Positions 28,238 to 41,300 of a stretch of 64,000 nucleotides of DNA are shown here, piece by piece. Source of the stretch: Octopus vulgaris (Eukaryota). Below the pieces are notes generated by a model that ran no database searches, was not told the DNA's origin, and was given only the letters and a program-made list of their open reading frames with translations. Numbering within the stretch: position 1 is the stretch's first letter; every line of letters starts with the position of its first letter. Location of the stretch: assembly GCA_951406725.2 (NCBI GenBank), contig OX597820.1, positions 50,468,001 to 50,532,000 on the forward strand, read 5' to 3'. A program made the position numbers and the translations under genes.

Positions 28238-29319
28238 GATTAATAACAGCCGCCATATTTCCACTCACATTTCAATATGCATATATTGTAGGACTTTCAT
28301 GTCTTGAATCTGCAAGGTGCTTGTTTTTTTCATTTTCATATCAAATAATTATTTATATGTACTTTACAGTTTGTATTTTCTCTGTTTCAAATATTTTCAT
28401 ATTTTGAAACTTTGAATCATAAATTTTACACATCTAAATTGAATATTATTGTAAAACGCGAACAAAAAAATAATGATAACCATTATTTTCATAGTAATAT
28501 TGACATTAATAATGCTTTTAGACTGAAATAAAACTATTATGACATATTTATAATATATTCTCATGTATCACAGTTGTGTATATCTTTCATTTAAAGCATT
28601 GAAGTTCCAACAGAATATGTGTGTTATTTCTGTTACAGTTGGTGATTGTGGTTTTGGAATATACATACATACACCACACTCGCTCACGTGTGTGAGTGTG
28701 TATGTGTGTTATATTTTATTGTATTCTGAATTGTCTTTTGCATGTTATTTTTTGTCGCTGCTATAACGAATTCTAAATTAGATACAGAACTCTCAGTGAA
28801 AAAGATGTCGCTTAGGCAAATTGTAATATGCACTAGGTGCAACATGTCAGGCCATTTCTAATCATACATGCGTAAGCTTATCTTTCTATAAAGAAAATAT
28901 TGATTGTAACTTCGAATTTCCTACTTGCTAGCATGCACCAAAATGCCATTTAGTAAGTCACTTCAATTTTTATCGTTTTCATAGGGTAATGTCCAATTCG
29001 TTGGTATACTAAATTTGTAGGTAAAACAACTGATTATGTTATAAAGGATGAAACGTGGGAAAAGGATAGGTAGAACAAATACTCTTGTAGGGTGTCGGCT
29101 GAGAAGAAGTGATGCTGGTACCAGTATTTCTTGTTTGATGGAGGAATTTGTTAATGCTGGAATAAACTCAAACATATTTATAAATAAAATTTATAGATGT
29201 CCATATGCATCATATTAGAGATACAGTTTGCGTTTAATGTATACGTACATGCACATGAATATATGTACGTACGTTGTATCCATTTCTGTATATACGCTAT
29301 ACACTATGTCTAATATAAA

Positions 29320-29428
29320 TAGCTTGCTTACCAACGGCATGGTTGCGGATTCATTATCACTGCGTGGCACCTTGGGCAAGTTTCTTCTACTATAGCCTAG
29401 GGCCGACCAAAGCCTTGTGAAGCCCGTC

Positions 29429-29475
<47 letters not shown>

Positions 29476-29712
29476 TATGTATGCATGTGTGTATGTGCGT
29501 GCGTGTGCATGTCTGTGTGTCTGTGTTTGTCCCCCCAACATCGCATGGCAACCGATGGTGGTGTGTTTAAGTTCTCGTAAATTGGCGGTTCGGCAAATGA
29601 GACTAATAGAATAAACACTAGGCCTCCAAAGTATAAGTCATGGGTCGATTTGCTCAACTAGAAGCGATGCTCCTGCATGGCCGCAGTCAAATGACTGAAA
29701 CAAGTAAAAGAG
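29320..29712 (+). mobile_element. SINE family B (tRNA head, CORE-like accttgggcaagt) with internal microsatellite
   Basis: agcttgcttaccaac..ggttgcggattca..gcaccttgggcaagt..tcctgcatggccgcagtcaaatgactgaaacaagtaaaagag. Confidence 0.85.
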
Positions 29713-29729
29713 TATATGTATAAATATTC

Positions 29730-29763
<34 letters not shown>

Positions 29764-29869
29764 ATGTGTGTGTGTGTGTGATTGTGCGTGTGTTTGTGTA
29801 TATGTGTGTTTGTACATCAATTGTTAGAAATGTAGAGATTTGATCAAAATTAAATCTAGTTGCTCCACA

Positions 29870-30340
29870 TTGATATTCACGCAACTTCTCCAGTCGTCAT
29901 CCTTCATGACCATTCGTAGACATGCTGTATAGAGCCTTATAGAAATGATATCTCCTTGCATGGGACCTTTCTCAACTGGCACGCTTAGTATAGATAATAA
30001 TAGAGCTATAGTATGCATATAGTGTTAGCATCTCTGAGCATTTGATATATAGCTCCTTGACACCGGGCATTTCCGGTGATTTCAACATTGCATTCACCTC
30101 AACGCTATGGAAAGCGTTTTTGTATCAACAAAAGCGGAAGACAGAGGAAGCTTATGTTCATTCACTCACTGAATGAGCTATGCTATTGGGAATAAGTGGT
30201 CTATCGTACTATATTTCCTTCTGAAATCTGTTTACACTCTTGGTTGTTGGTTGTCGAGGTGTTTTTGTAGTCTGGTGACCATGACCTAAGTAAGCAGCTT
30301 ATAGAGACGAGATAAGAGGAGTAACGTCATTTTAGCCTTC
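29870..30340 (-). mobile_element. RTE-clade LINE RT fragment
   Basis: STIDHLF, AFVDTK and KGPMQGDIISIRLYTACL (decayed GVRQGDxISPKLF). Confidence 0.7.
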
Positions 30341-30593
30341 TTCAGAGTGACAGAAGCATAGATTGAGGATTTTCTACAGCTCTTCAGCCTCCCCTCTTAA
30401 CATCTCTATTGTGTGCCATCTTCCCCAATATATATATATATACATATATATGTATATATATATATATACATATATACAACTGTGATGTTGATAAAACATG
30501 TTCTTTGTCTATCTACTTATCCTCTTTGTGATTTTGGATAAAAATAAAACTATTTAAATGAATCCTCCAAATTTAACTAAATTCTATATTTTT

Positions 30594-30682
30594 ATGCGTC
30601 TGAAGATTGCTCTACATTTTAAATTGATGTAATGTTTGCATAGTTTAATTAAATGGAGTCGCATGAAACGATCGTACTGCAT
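30594..30682 (+). ncRNA. Type-I hammerhead with ~58-nt stem II, in a ~300-bp repeat (30490-30795)
   Basis: atgcgt CTGAAGA ttgc..gcat GAAAC GATC GTA ctgcat; second family copy on minus strand at 38293-38380. Confidence 0.65.
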
Positions 30683-30795
30683 TACCTCTGGATATCCTTG
30701 TTGCTTATTTTGAATATAACCACCCCATTTTGAATTAAATGGATAATACCATACTAAATTCTGGTGCCTTTAACTTAAGTACCATGTTCATCTGA

Positions 30796-30848
<53 letters not shown>

Positions 30849-30857
30849 CCTATGTAT

Positions 30858-30906
<49 letters not shown>

Positions 30907-30914
30907 AAAGGTTA

Positions 30915-31378
30915 TTTGACAGCATAACGTTGCTGTCCTGTAAGGGACGATGTTACTGATATTTTAGCTTCAAGATATATTGTTTCTGGCTGGCTATACA
31001 ACACAACATCTCTATCCTTATATTTTCAGGACTGCCACGTTATTTTGGCCAATAGTCTTTACTTTAAAGAACGGTTACTGAAATGTCTCTCTTTGAATGA
31101 TTTAGAAATCATAATATTTCTATTTTTAGATGCCGTGAATGTGTGTCACTTTGGAAATTATATATTCGAAAGGTGAATCCGGCAACGTCATCTAGCTAAG
31201 CAGTGACCCAGAAACTAGTCCACAGATGTAGTTTTGTGCTAAGTGGGAGTGCTGAATTCCATGTTTGATAATATAAGGACACAAATATTGTGTCATGTAG
31301 CCAGCTAGTTACGATCTTTCTTGGGGCTAAAACAACAGTAACATCGTCCCTTACGTCCCGCTATATTATGTTGGCAAA
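30915..31378. mobile_element. Non-autonomous PLE-like element with ~110-bp inverted ends and half a hammerhead
   Basis: 30915-31025 is an inverted homolog of 31270-31378; 31205-31225 gacccaGAAACtaGTCcacag matches the 3' half of the 31729-31775 hammerhead. Confidence 0.6.
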
Positions 31379-31500
31379 TAGCCGTTACTTCTAAGAGCTA
31401 TAAATGAGTGTCTCTCTTTGAGAGATTTAGAAATAATATATATATATATGTGTGTGTTTGTGTGTGTGTGTGTGTGCGTGTGTGTATACCTGCTTATGTG

Positions 31501-31572
<72 letters not shown>

Positions 31573-31728
31573 TTGTATACTGTCAACATAACGTGACAGT
31601 CCCGTATGGGAATTACACACCGATGTTTAGCCCTAGGAAGCATCGACGCTTTCTGTCGGCTTTCACACATTTCCTGTGTCCTTATATTTGTGACGGGAAG
31701 GCAAGCACCCCACCAGCCAAGATTCACA

Positions 31729-31775
31729 CCTGAGGACATGCATGTTTCTGGGTCTTAACCCATCATCAGCCCAGG
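31729..31775 (-). ncRNA. Intact minimal type-I hammerhead ribozyme
   Basis: cctggg CTGATGA tgggt-taag-accca GAAAC ATGCAT GTC ctcagg: all core nucleotides, 6-bp stem I (one G.U), 5-bp stem II, palindromic stem III, GUC cleavage triplet. Confidence 0.9.
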
Positions 31776-32311
31776 ATAGTGAGATCTGCTGACTGAGGTG
31801 CCTGACTAGCCTTCACAAATATATATCTTTACAGTGAAATCTATTCACTCGTCACCGTAATTAGAAATATTAAATTTTTAAATGTCTCAGAGATTACTGA
31901 CAAATTTATTTGTTTGTGGAACTTGTGCGTGTCATATTTAGTGGTATATGTATTACAGTACTCTATAGTGAGCGTGAAAATTACATTATGCAAGTTTGAT
32001 TTAAATATGATGGAATGATATAACTTATTGATATCCAATTTTTTATGTGATCGATATTTTGTTGGGATATCTGATATAATCTGATCGTGAGTATGTGAGC
32101 AAACGTTATTATGGCGTGATTGTGTAGATCATATTTACTGTTGGTTGCGTTACACTATGAAAAGGTCTTATTGCATAGAATGTGTACCGTGTGTATCCTC
32201 TCATCGGTTTCTGTACACAGCAATAATACAGAATGCTAAATGCTACATTTGTTTCTTGGTTCCACTCATTGTTTAAGTAATCGGCTGAAAGAAACCCCTC
32301 TCTTATTCTCC

Positions 32312-32362
<51 letters not shown>

Positions 32363-32383
32363 CACACACAAATATATATATTA

Positions 32384-32906
32384 CATGTAAAAACGTGAGC
32401 ATAAAAAGTAATATTCTTAAGATTATAAAACTGGAAAAAACAGGACAAGTTATTACACCCGGAAAAGTATAGGACAAGCTATTACTTCTAGTAAAGTAAA
32501 GAATAAGAAACTTTTTACTTAAAATATTGCAGCAAAGAATACCAGTTATTCTAATTCATTACTCTTTACAGTTCTTATCTTTTAAATATATTGTACAAAA
32601 CTGTTGAGGTAATTTGTAAGTTTAGTCACTTTTGTAAGCTAGTCACATTTTTTCTGTATTTAAGTTAGTAAATTAGCCAAATTCTACTTAAATAAGAATA
32701 GTGCTATTTGTAAACTATAATAAAATATTTTTTTTAATATTCAAATTTTAATTTTAGCTGCAATATTTTAAGTAAAAAGTTTCTTATTCTTTACTTTACT
32801 AGAAGTAATAGCTTGTCCTATTCTATTATAGGTGTAATAACTTGTCCTGTACTTTTCCAGGTTCATAATCTTAATAATATTACATTTCATGCTCGCATTT
32901 TTCATG
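32384..32906. mobile_element. MITE/foldback-like element with ~150-bp inverted repeats
   Basis: 32384-32533 vs 32757-32906 inverted; internal subrepeat aggacaag(t/c)tattac twice per arm. Confidence 0.85.
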
Positions 32907-34056
32907 AAATCCATGATTTTTCCAGGCGTTGCTGTTATGAGAGAATTAATAATGTTTCAATTAATAATTTAAGATTTTACCTTATAAAATACTGAAAGAT
33001 ATTATTTCAATTTTTCCATGTAAGTGATGATAATATTTCAAATTTTTCATGTTTAATTTAAATATATGTGGTGTTTGAATTATTTGATATTACCCAGCCA
33101 CACCAAATTAATGGCAGGGATTTTTACCATGTCGTTGGTTGCACCATGACTCACCAAACGTTACAAAAAACAAGACCCGAAAACCATCAGTTAGTAGGCT
33201 CACCTTAAGTAACGTAATTTTGCAATACTAGGTAGCCACAGGAATTCATTCAACACAAAGAAAAAAAATTCAATGATTCCGGTAATGGTAGGGGGCGGAA
33301 TACCACGTTATTTTCTCTGAACCAAAACAAGGGATCTGCAGTATATTAGGAGGTCAGGGTACTTGATTCAACGCAAAAAATCATTTTTTCTTTCTTAATG
33401 AAAACCGTACGAGTGTTATAGAAATTTACCATAATGTGTTATTTAGCCTAAAATCAACCCTGATACTGCAAATCGATTATCAAACACATTCCAGCCTTCA
33501 GCATACCATCTTTTAGGGATAATCTTGGACATTACGTACAATGGGCATGTGATTTAGGTAGGGGGATACTTTGGCTGCTATTTTTAGCATGTCGAGCGAC
33601 CTGGTAGAATCTCTTTCATCGGTTCGATTGTGTGATGAAAAGTTTTACATATATATGTAATATTTATAAATGTCATCGTCAGAAATCAGGGAGTAAGTCA
33701 AAAACTGACAGTTTCGTGTATTGGCACTTTTCAAACATGAATTTGTATATTGTCAGTCTCTAAATTCTGACGAAATAACTTCTAAAGTACAAAATGTTGT
33801 CCTATGTAAACCCTGTTGTATGTGACACTGTCTACCAGTACCGGAAATTTGAAAGTGTTGAGTTAAAAAACTTAAATAGATGAAAGTCAAAATCGACCGC
33901 GGCAGAACTCAGAACGTAAGAGTAAACCCTGTTCTATGTGACACATTCTATAAGTATCGGAAGTTTGGAAGGGTTTCGTAAAAAAAAACAACTTAAATAA
34001 CCTGTACGTCAAAGTCGACATTGGCGACTTAAAATATAAAGACAGATGAAATACCT

Positions 34057-34275
34057 ATTTCTTTACTACCCAACAAGGGGCTAAACACAGAGAGGGCACA
34101 CAAGGAAAGACAAACGGATTAAGCCGATTATATCGACCCCAGTGCGTAACTGGTACTTAATTTATCGACCCCGGAAGTCGACCTCGGCGGAATTTGAACT
34201 CAGAACGTATCGGCAGACGAAATACGGCTACGCATTTCGCCCGGCGTGCTAACGATTCTGCCATCTCGCCGCCTT
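34057..34275 (-). mobile_element. Family-A SINE
   Basis: High similarity to 8706-8930 with a short internal deletion. Confidence 0.9.
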
Positions 34276-34829
34276 AGAAGGTAAACATTCAATTTAGAAA
34301 GATTTTCGGTATTCTTATTGCCTAAGCGTTATTCCCTTACATCCTTACTTACAGATATAAATTTTCGTAACATTTTACCTCATGACTTTTTTTGTCCTAA
34401 TTTTTGTTCCATGCGACTAGCGATTCTGAGATCCTCGTGCATTTTTCTATCATTTAAGCCTAAGAAAAGTATACTTTTAATTTAGAATTTTAAAATTTCA
34501 TGTTAATTAAAGATGAATGTCTGCCTTCCTGCTTCCCTAGAGGTCACAGATATTTTGATGTAACCTTCTCTCTACTAAACCAAATCTCAAACGATTCATG
34601 CCAAAGTGTAGCTGAGGAGGTGTCCCCGTTAAAACTATTAACAGGTTGCGATTTAGTTGAGAACTGAATTAGTGGTGAAGCTTGGAATCGGCTGCGATTG
34701 ACGAAATGGTGGACTTCACAATATATTCAACCACTGACGTGGTTGAATTATATATAAAACTTAGATAAAACTTAGATATGTTTCGACCAGAGATTGGTCC
34801 AGGCCATGTCTAACTTAATAGCACCACCT

Positions 34830-34860
<31 letters not shown>

Positions 34861-35757
34861 ATTTATACATATATATAGAGAGAGAGTAAGAGAAGGGATA
34901 TAATATCCTGGCAGATACCGAATTTCTTTTAGGAAAATGCAATATATATAGCGGTTTGTCAAAAACCGATAGAATAGGGGTCAGGCTTAAAAATAGGTGT
35001 CAAGCTTATACTTATCAATATTGTAGACATGGCTGATACAATAAAAGTTTAGAACAGATTTGTGAAAGCTAATTATAATATACATGTAAAAAACGCAATA
35101 GTGAAGCCCTGGCGTTGTTTGTAGGGTATAAGAAAATGTAGATAACAGCCAAAGATTTTCTGTTTCAATTAAGTTGGTACAAAAAGTAAATGAATGGCAC
35201 CTCGAAGAGATATGAAAATAAAATCACTGATAAATTAAGAGAAAATTTAAATTTAAAATAGATAAGTATTAAAATCCCATTAGCCATTAGCTATTAGTGG
35301 AAATGTCTGTTGTAAGATAATGTTCGAATTTTGTGCAAAATATATGTCAAAGACACAAGGCGACAACACGTTACTATTATATCAACTCTTTATAAGCGAA
35401 AATTTCAAACGCAAAATCAAAGAAAATGAAAAGATTGGAAAATATCAAGATAAGGCTAGACAAACGAGAAAATATTCTGACATATGAAGGAAAAATATTT
35501 TCTGTAGCTACATGAGAAATGGGAATAACATGAGATAATGTGTAAATGTTACAACTGAATAGCTAAATAGGAAAATCATTCGCAAATATTTGACAGTCCA
35601 GAATTTTTAGAAATAATCAAATTGTAACTATTCAAAATCAGCAGTAACAACAAAAATATCAATAATAATATATGTAAATATATATCTATATTCATACTGA
35701 CACACACGCATGCGCACATTCACTCACACACACAAATTCCAACACACACAAATATAC

Positions 35758-35803
<46 letters not shown>

Positions 35804-35864
35804 AATATATATAAATGTACATATACGCTATACGCATAAATATTTAGCTGTCTACACATCGATC

Positions 35865-35895
<31 letters not shown>

Positions 35896-36459
35896 CTATC
35901 TAGATGCATGCATGTTTATGTTACAGAAAAAGGTGATATTAATAAACTTCATATTGAATGATGCAGTAATGGCAAAGGAAGTTGGATAAGCACAGCATAT
36001 CCTGTTGCAATAGAGAAGTATTGTCTGTTAAAATGTACTTCACAGAAAGTAACTAATAATTTTGAAGGCTAGTAAAATAGGAGCAATAAATGCCAGGAAA
36101 GAGATTTTAATGGAATCTGGAAAGAGAAATAGAACAAAATATGTATGAAATTCTTTCCGTAACTTACTGTATACAAAAGTACTCAGACTTGCAAATTTCA
36201 TAGAATCAGAATTGTTCATATCGACGTGGTATTGAAATTAAAACGAATTTAGGAATATCAGTGTTTGAAACTAAGCGTAATGAACTACTGAAGACATATG
36301 AAATATCATTAATAAAAAAAAAAGATTAAACTGGAACAATCTCTTATATTCAAGATGAAGGATAAGCTGCTTCATTTTGTGTGCATGAGTGTGTGAGATT
36401 TTTCGTGTAAGCGTGTGTATGTGTGTAAGTTTGTGTGCGTGAACTTTTCAGCTAGTGAG

Positions 36460-36516
<57 letters not shown>

Positions 36517-36600
36517 AGAGTTTACGAAAGAAAAAGACGAACACAGGTGGTGTACAAAACAAACAGATGTATTAGTATGATGCTCAGGAATAGAAAAAGT

Positions 36601-36636
36601 CTTTTACGCTTCGAGCCTACGCTCTTCTACAGAAAG
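36601..36636 (-). ncRNA. Hammerhead-like motif with non-canonical core, in a ~180-bp repeat between (TA)n tracts
   Basis: cttt CTGTAGA a gagc-gtag-gctc GAAGC GTA aaag: stems I and II perfect; A6 and A15.1 deviate. Confidence 0.4.
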
Positions 36637-38292
36637 GGACACAAAAAATAAGGAGAGAAAAAATGTGTGTAGTGGCTAACGATCTATCATGATATATATA
36701 TATATGCGTGTGTGATTTTGTATATAAGTCTTTCTCTATGTGCATGTGTGTGTGTGTTTGTGCGTACGTGTGTGTGGCAAACTGATATGCAAGACTTCTG
36801 CAATGAACATCTAATCTAGTCTGTCAACTCAAAAGGGAGCATTTAATTTTCATGCGAGTTGCACTACATCAGCTCGCAACTACATTAGCATCTACAAAAA
36901 TAAACTAAAGTATAATACATGTTACCAGGAGACAGCAGTAGTTTTATTAACTTACAGCTTAGTCATTACAAATATCTCGGTTGATATACGGATTTTTCTG
37001 TAGCCCCTTACCTCTGGTAGATACCATTTTAATTGCAAATATAGTGAAAAAACACTCGTCCAGTATGATAAGAAAAACCACAAACAACATGAATTAATAA
37101 TATACTAGCTCTTGCTATTTTAGTATGAATGATATAGTTTTACAGTTACATTGTTATTAGACATTATCATACGAAAAGAACAGATACATCTTTTCGTTAT
37201 TTCTAATTGTTCGTTATCTCCGACAAATTAGTGTTTATAAGGTTTAATATGAAATATGTTACATCCTGATGCATTAATTTATAATTTGTGCACCCCTCAC
37301 ACATACACACTTGAACACGAACACTCACATCATGTTCGCATAATAACAGTGTGTTCATTTGTGTGTGCGTATGTTTGCACGTGTGTGACTGTATGTGTAA
37401 GTGTGCCCGTACGTGTGTTTATATATAGCTGTCTATTGTACCTGCTAATATAATATTTTATCTCGGTCTCAAATATTGAAGACATTACATACTTGTACTG
37501 TATCACATCGAATACACGCGCGCAAAATTATACACAAGCATATCTATGCTAACGCTTTCAAATATGCATGCTTGTATATATGTGTACTTGTGTGCGTGTG
37601 AGTGCTTGCGTACCTGTATTCTTGTAGTGCCTAGTCACTTTTACTGAAAGACCGAAAAAATACAACCGTTCAGGAATGTTGGAAGTATCATACAGTTGAA
37701 TGGACAATAATAGGCCTTTAGAGTGTAAGCACACATATAATTTGAAATGTTTACAGAATGTCTCGGATAAAACAATAATCTAGAAGCGGATCAGTCATAA
37801 AGCAAACACAACTGCGTATTCTTCTATACTCTATAGTGTAACATGCACTGAGCTATTATGTTATTGTATGTCTAGCAAATTTAGGAATGTATACAAAAGA
37901 AAGAAAATGAAAACGAAGATTAAAAAAAATTGAATGCGAAAGTAAATATAAAGGAACAATTAAAAGTTGTAAAACTTCCATGTTTAAATGAATAGCAAAC
38001 ACTAGTGAAGTTATTTGGCGACGTGACAACACATTTATAATATTTTTTTCTGTATATAATTGAATACAAAATATTCTGAATTATTTTTGTCGTTTAGTTA
38101 ATCACAGCTCTTTCAGCGTTTGCCATATTACTTTGGGTAACAGTGTGTACGTCAGAATTTCATGTATAAAAATTATAAATAGATGTAATCATGTCTGTTG
38201 GACGAAGTAATTCAGCAAAGTAATTTCAGTTTCAATCCCATTGGACAGTTTATACGCAGACTGATTCTATTAAAGTCAGCCATTCAGAGATA

Positions 38293-38380
38293 ATGCAGTA
38301 CGATCGTTTCACGTAACTCCATTTAATTGAACAATACTACCATTATATCAATTTAAATGCAGAACAATCCTCACCTGCAC
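38293..38380 (-). ncRNA. Second copy of the long-stem-II hammerhead family (core C3 mutated)
   Basis: gtgcag GTGAGGA ..[long].. GAAAC GATC GTA ctgcat; flanks align with 30495-30690. Confidence 0.5.
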
Positions 38381-41300
38381 ACAGACATAGAATTTAATTA
38401 AATTAAAACAGATGGACACATTAGTATAATTTTGCCTGAAATCTCCAAGAAGTTAACGAGATAGACAAAGAACATGCTGCATTTCTTTCCACTCAGTAGC
38501 TTCTAAGTATATATATATGATGTAAACATGCAGGCGACACAGTGTTGTGGAATAGGGCTAAAACCCACTTTAGATCAACTGAAATATGCACAGGGCATTC
38601 GACCAGTAAAAAGGCAAATTTCCCTACAGTATATGGACGAGAACACACTTATTTGAGGAGACATATGTCAAAGCAACAACAATTTGTCAGATCACCACCT
38701 TTAGACTAATGAACGTGTTTAAAGCATTGCTATCTTGTAAAGGAGAAAAAATAAAGAGCTTCAAATGATTTTATACTGGACAGGCATTCGATCAGTAATT
38801 AAATCATCCAGTTCTTTATATTGTCTGATGATTGGCTAATTTTTGGCTGCGTCATAACTACTTTGCTGAAATAGATTGTGTTTCTCTTTTTTCAGTTGCT
38901 ATCTGTAGCTTGCTTGTTATTTTTGGACGTTTTATAGTGTTGTATATGCTGTAGAAGAATATACTTTTGTTCGAGTAAAACCCGATTGAGTTATATGAGT
39001 CAGGTAAATTTGATCATTTCGCTTATAATATGGATAGTAGAGAGTAAACCTTTCAAAAATTTAAACAGGATTTTGACTATCCAAGGCAAAAAATATAAAA
39101 AATAAAACAAGCTTGGGTGTATCGGTAAAACTCTAATTACCCTAGAAATATTTAATATAGTATAAAAGAAGCCTACTAAAGCGATGCCGCTAAAGTAGAG
39201 ATTTCAGCTAATATGAAACACCAGTTCACTATTTTAAAGTGTTATATTCGTAACATACATGAAAACACAAAATATGTTATAGATAATGTAATAAAAAATT
39301 TGTTCATAACTTATGTCGGTGGTTTTAATACATTTATGAGTTTGAATGATTGATTCTTATTGCATGTTTAAAAAGCCAGATGCACAATTTGACAGATAAC
39401 AGTAATACCAAGCCTAATTTCTAACGCTTTCCAGTGCAGCATATTGTACAACAGTCTAATTGGTCGATATCCTCTTTAAAATATTTCATTGAAACGACGT
39501 TGAAAACATAACCAGACAGATTCTTTAAGGGCGTTTTTCGAAACAAAATATATAAAATGAATCAACAAGAATGGAAGAATAGCAAACGATTCAGTTTTAA
39601 ATACAGACATTATGACGAAATTAAACTATCAAGAAGAATAGAAAGAGAAAAGAAGCAGACATAAAATAAAATAAATGAGAAACTATTATTTTTAATTATT
39701 CAGATTGACTTGCTTCAAGGATCGCTATTGTCAACAAATTTCCGAATTGAAATTATTTATTTTCCTTTTCTTCCTTTATGGTTTTTCCGTCTTTATTCTC
39801 ATTTTAAGTGATTGGTTTATAAATGCTATTTCCGACGCTTAAAACTATATAATTCTCAGTAATATTAAAAGAAACCGAAATACAATACATCAAATAAAAT
39901 ACGATGTTTAAAAATGAAACAAATAGACAAAAAATCTATCACTCATGACTCTTAGATGATTTAGCTCTTGAAAAATTAAATATAAGCTATTACATAATAT
40001 GAGAGCGGAAAGCTATTTAGACTTCTTCCTATTATTCTCTGTACAACGCAAATTGTAGATAAATTGCGTAAATTTTCGGAGACTTCCTTTAAAATGAAGA
40101 ATTAATCGGAACTCAAGAGTAGTTTCATCAAGTGGATTTATGAGATTCATTTGCGGCACAAGTTATGTTTGCAATTAATTCATGAAATAATTAACTCAGT
40201 GAAGATAAAAACGAATGTAACGTCAAGAGATATAAAAATATAACAAATTACGTATCTGTATATTACGGTGGTTAACATTTATATAGATATATTGACTGTG
40301 AGTGAAACCATGTGTGCTAAGGACTGAATACGAATTGTTTTAGCATTCAGTTAGCAAAACACAATTACTTTCATTTAACAGAGTCGCAATCGTGACTCCT
40401 TAGCTTTTCATAGAAGTCATGTGTTCAATTAAAAACGAAAAGTGGGAAATGAAATTAACTCTACAATGTAGTCCTTATCAACGCTAGAAATGTTTTCCTG
40501 TTTGTATTCCTCCGTATCTACTTTCCCCTCACTTACTACTTAATGGACATTTTAGATTGGCGTGGTATTGATGTAAGTGTTTATATAATAAATAGGACAA
40601 ATCTGGAGTGGATAGCAAGAATTTAATATGGGTCAAATAAGTAAAAAGTATAAATCACTGTTTACATACGTGTGAAAGGTTGTGCTTGCTTGTTTGTTTT
40701 TGTATATGTATGTGTATGCTGTGTGTGTGCGCATATGATAATATGTGTGTGTGTGTGGTTATATGTTGTAGTTACATGTATTGTGGGAAAACATAAAGCA
40801 TAAAGGTTTCTGCTGGTTAAGTTTATTAAAGTAAGATGCCAATTATTTTATATGGGACTCAGAAGTCCCATATTTGGAGTTAAGCTTAACTAAATAAATT
40901 TAAACGAGGTTACTAAACTGATAGATTGAGTGTATCCCATATTTGGTTTACTTGTAAGGTTTGAGTGTCTGGAAAATGTCTTTTATAAAAATTAAATGCA
41001 TTAATAATGTATTAGTTACGATGTCATGCGGTTGGATAGGTAATCATTAAATAAGCGTAAGTGGAAATTACTGTTTTAATATTGGTAGTAACTGAACGAG
41101 AGTCTCTGGATGATGTGCGTTCATAAAAACGTGAATAGCTTTGAGTGCGTTTAAAGTTATTCCTGTTTATACGATTTTCAGTTATGTTCCCCTATTTATT
41201 ATGTGAGATGTCGAATAAGACATGTTCGTGTTCAAATCAGAACATCATGCCCTAACCAAGGTAGTTTTTATTTTTTAATGATGGTTTGGATTATCATGAA

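Noticed and set aside
34770-34815. Hammerhead-like half motif (gacca/tggtc GAAAC ATAT) on minus strand
   Set aside because: No identifiable CUGANGA-type core or cleavage triplet.
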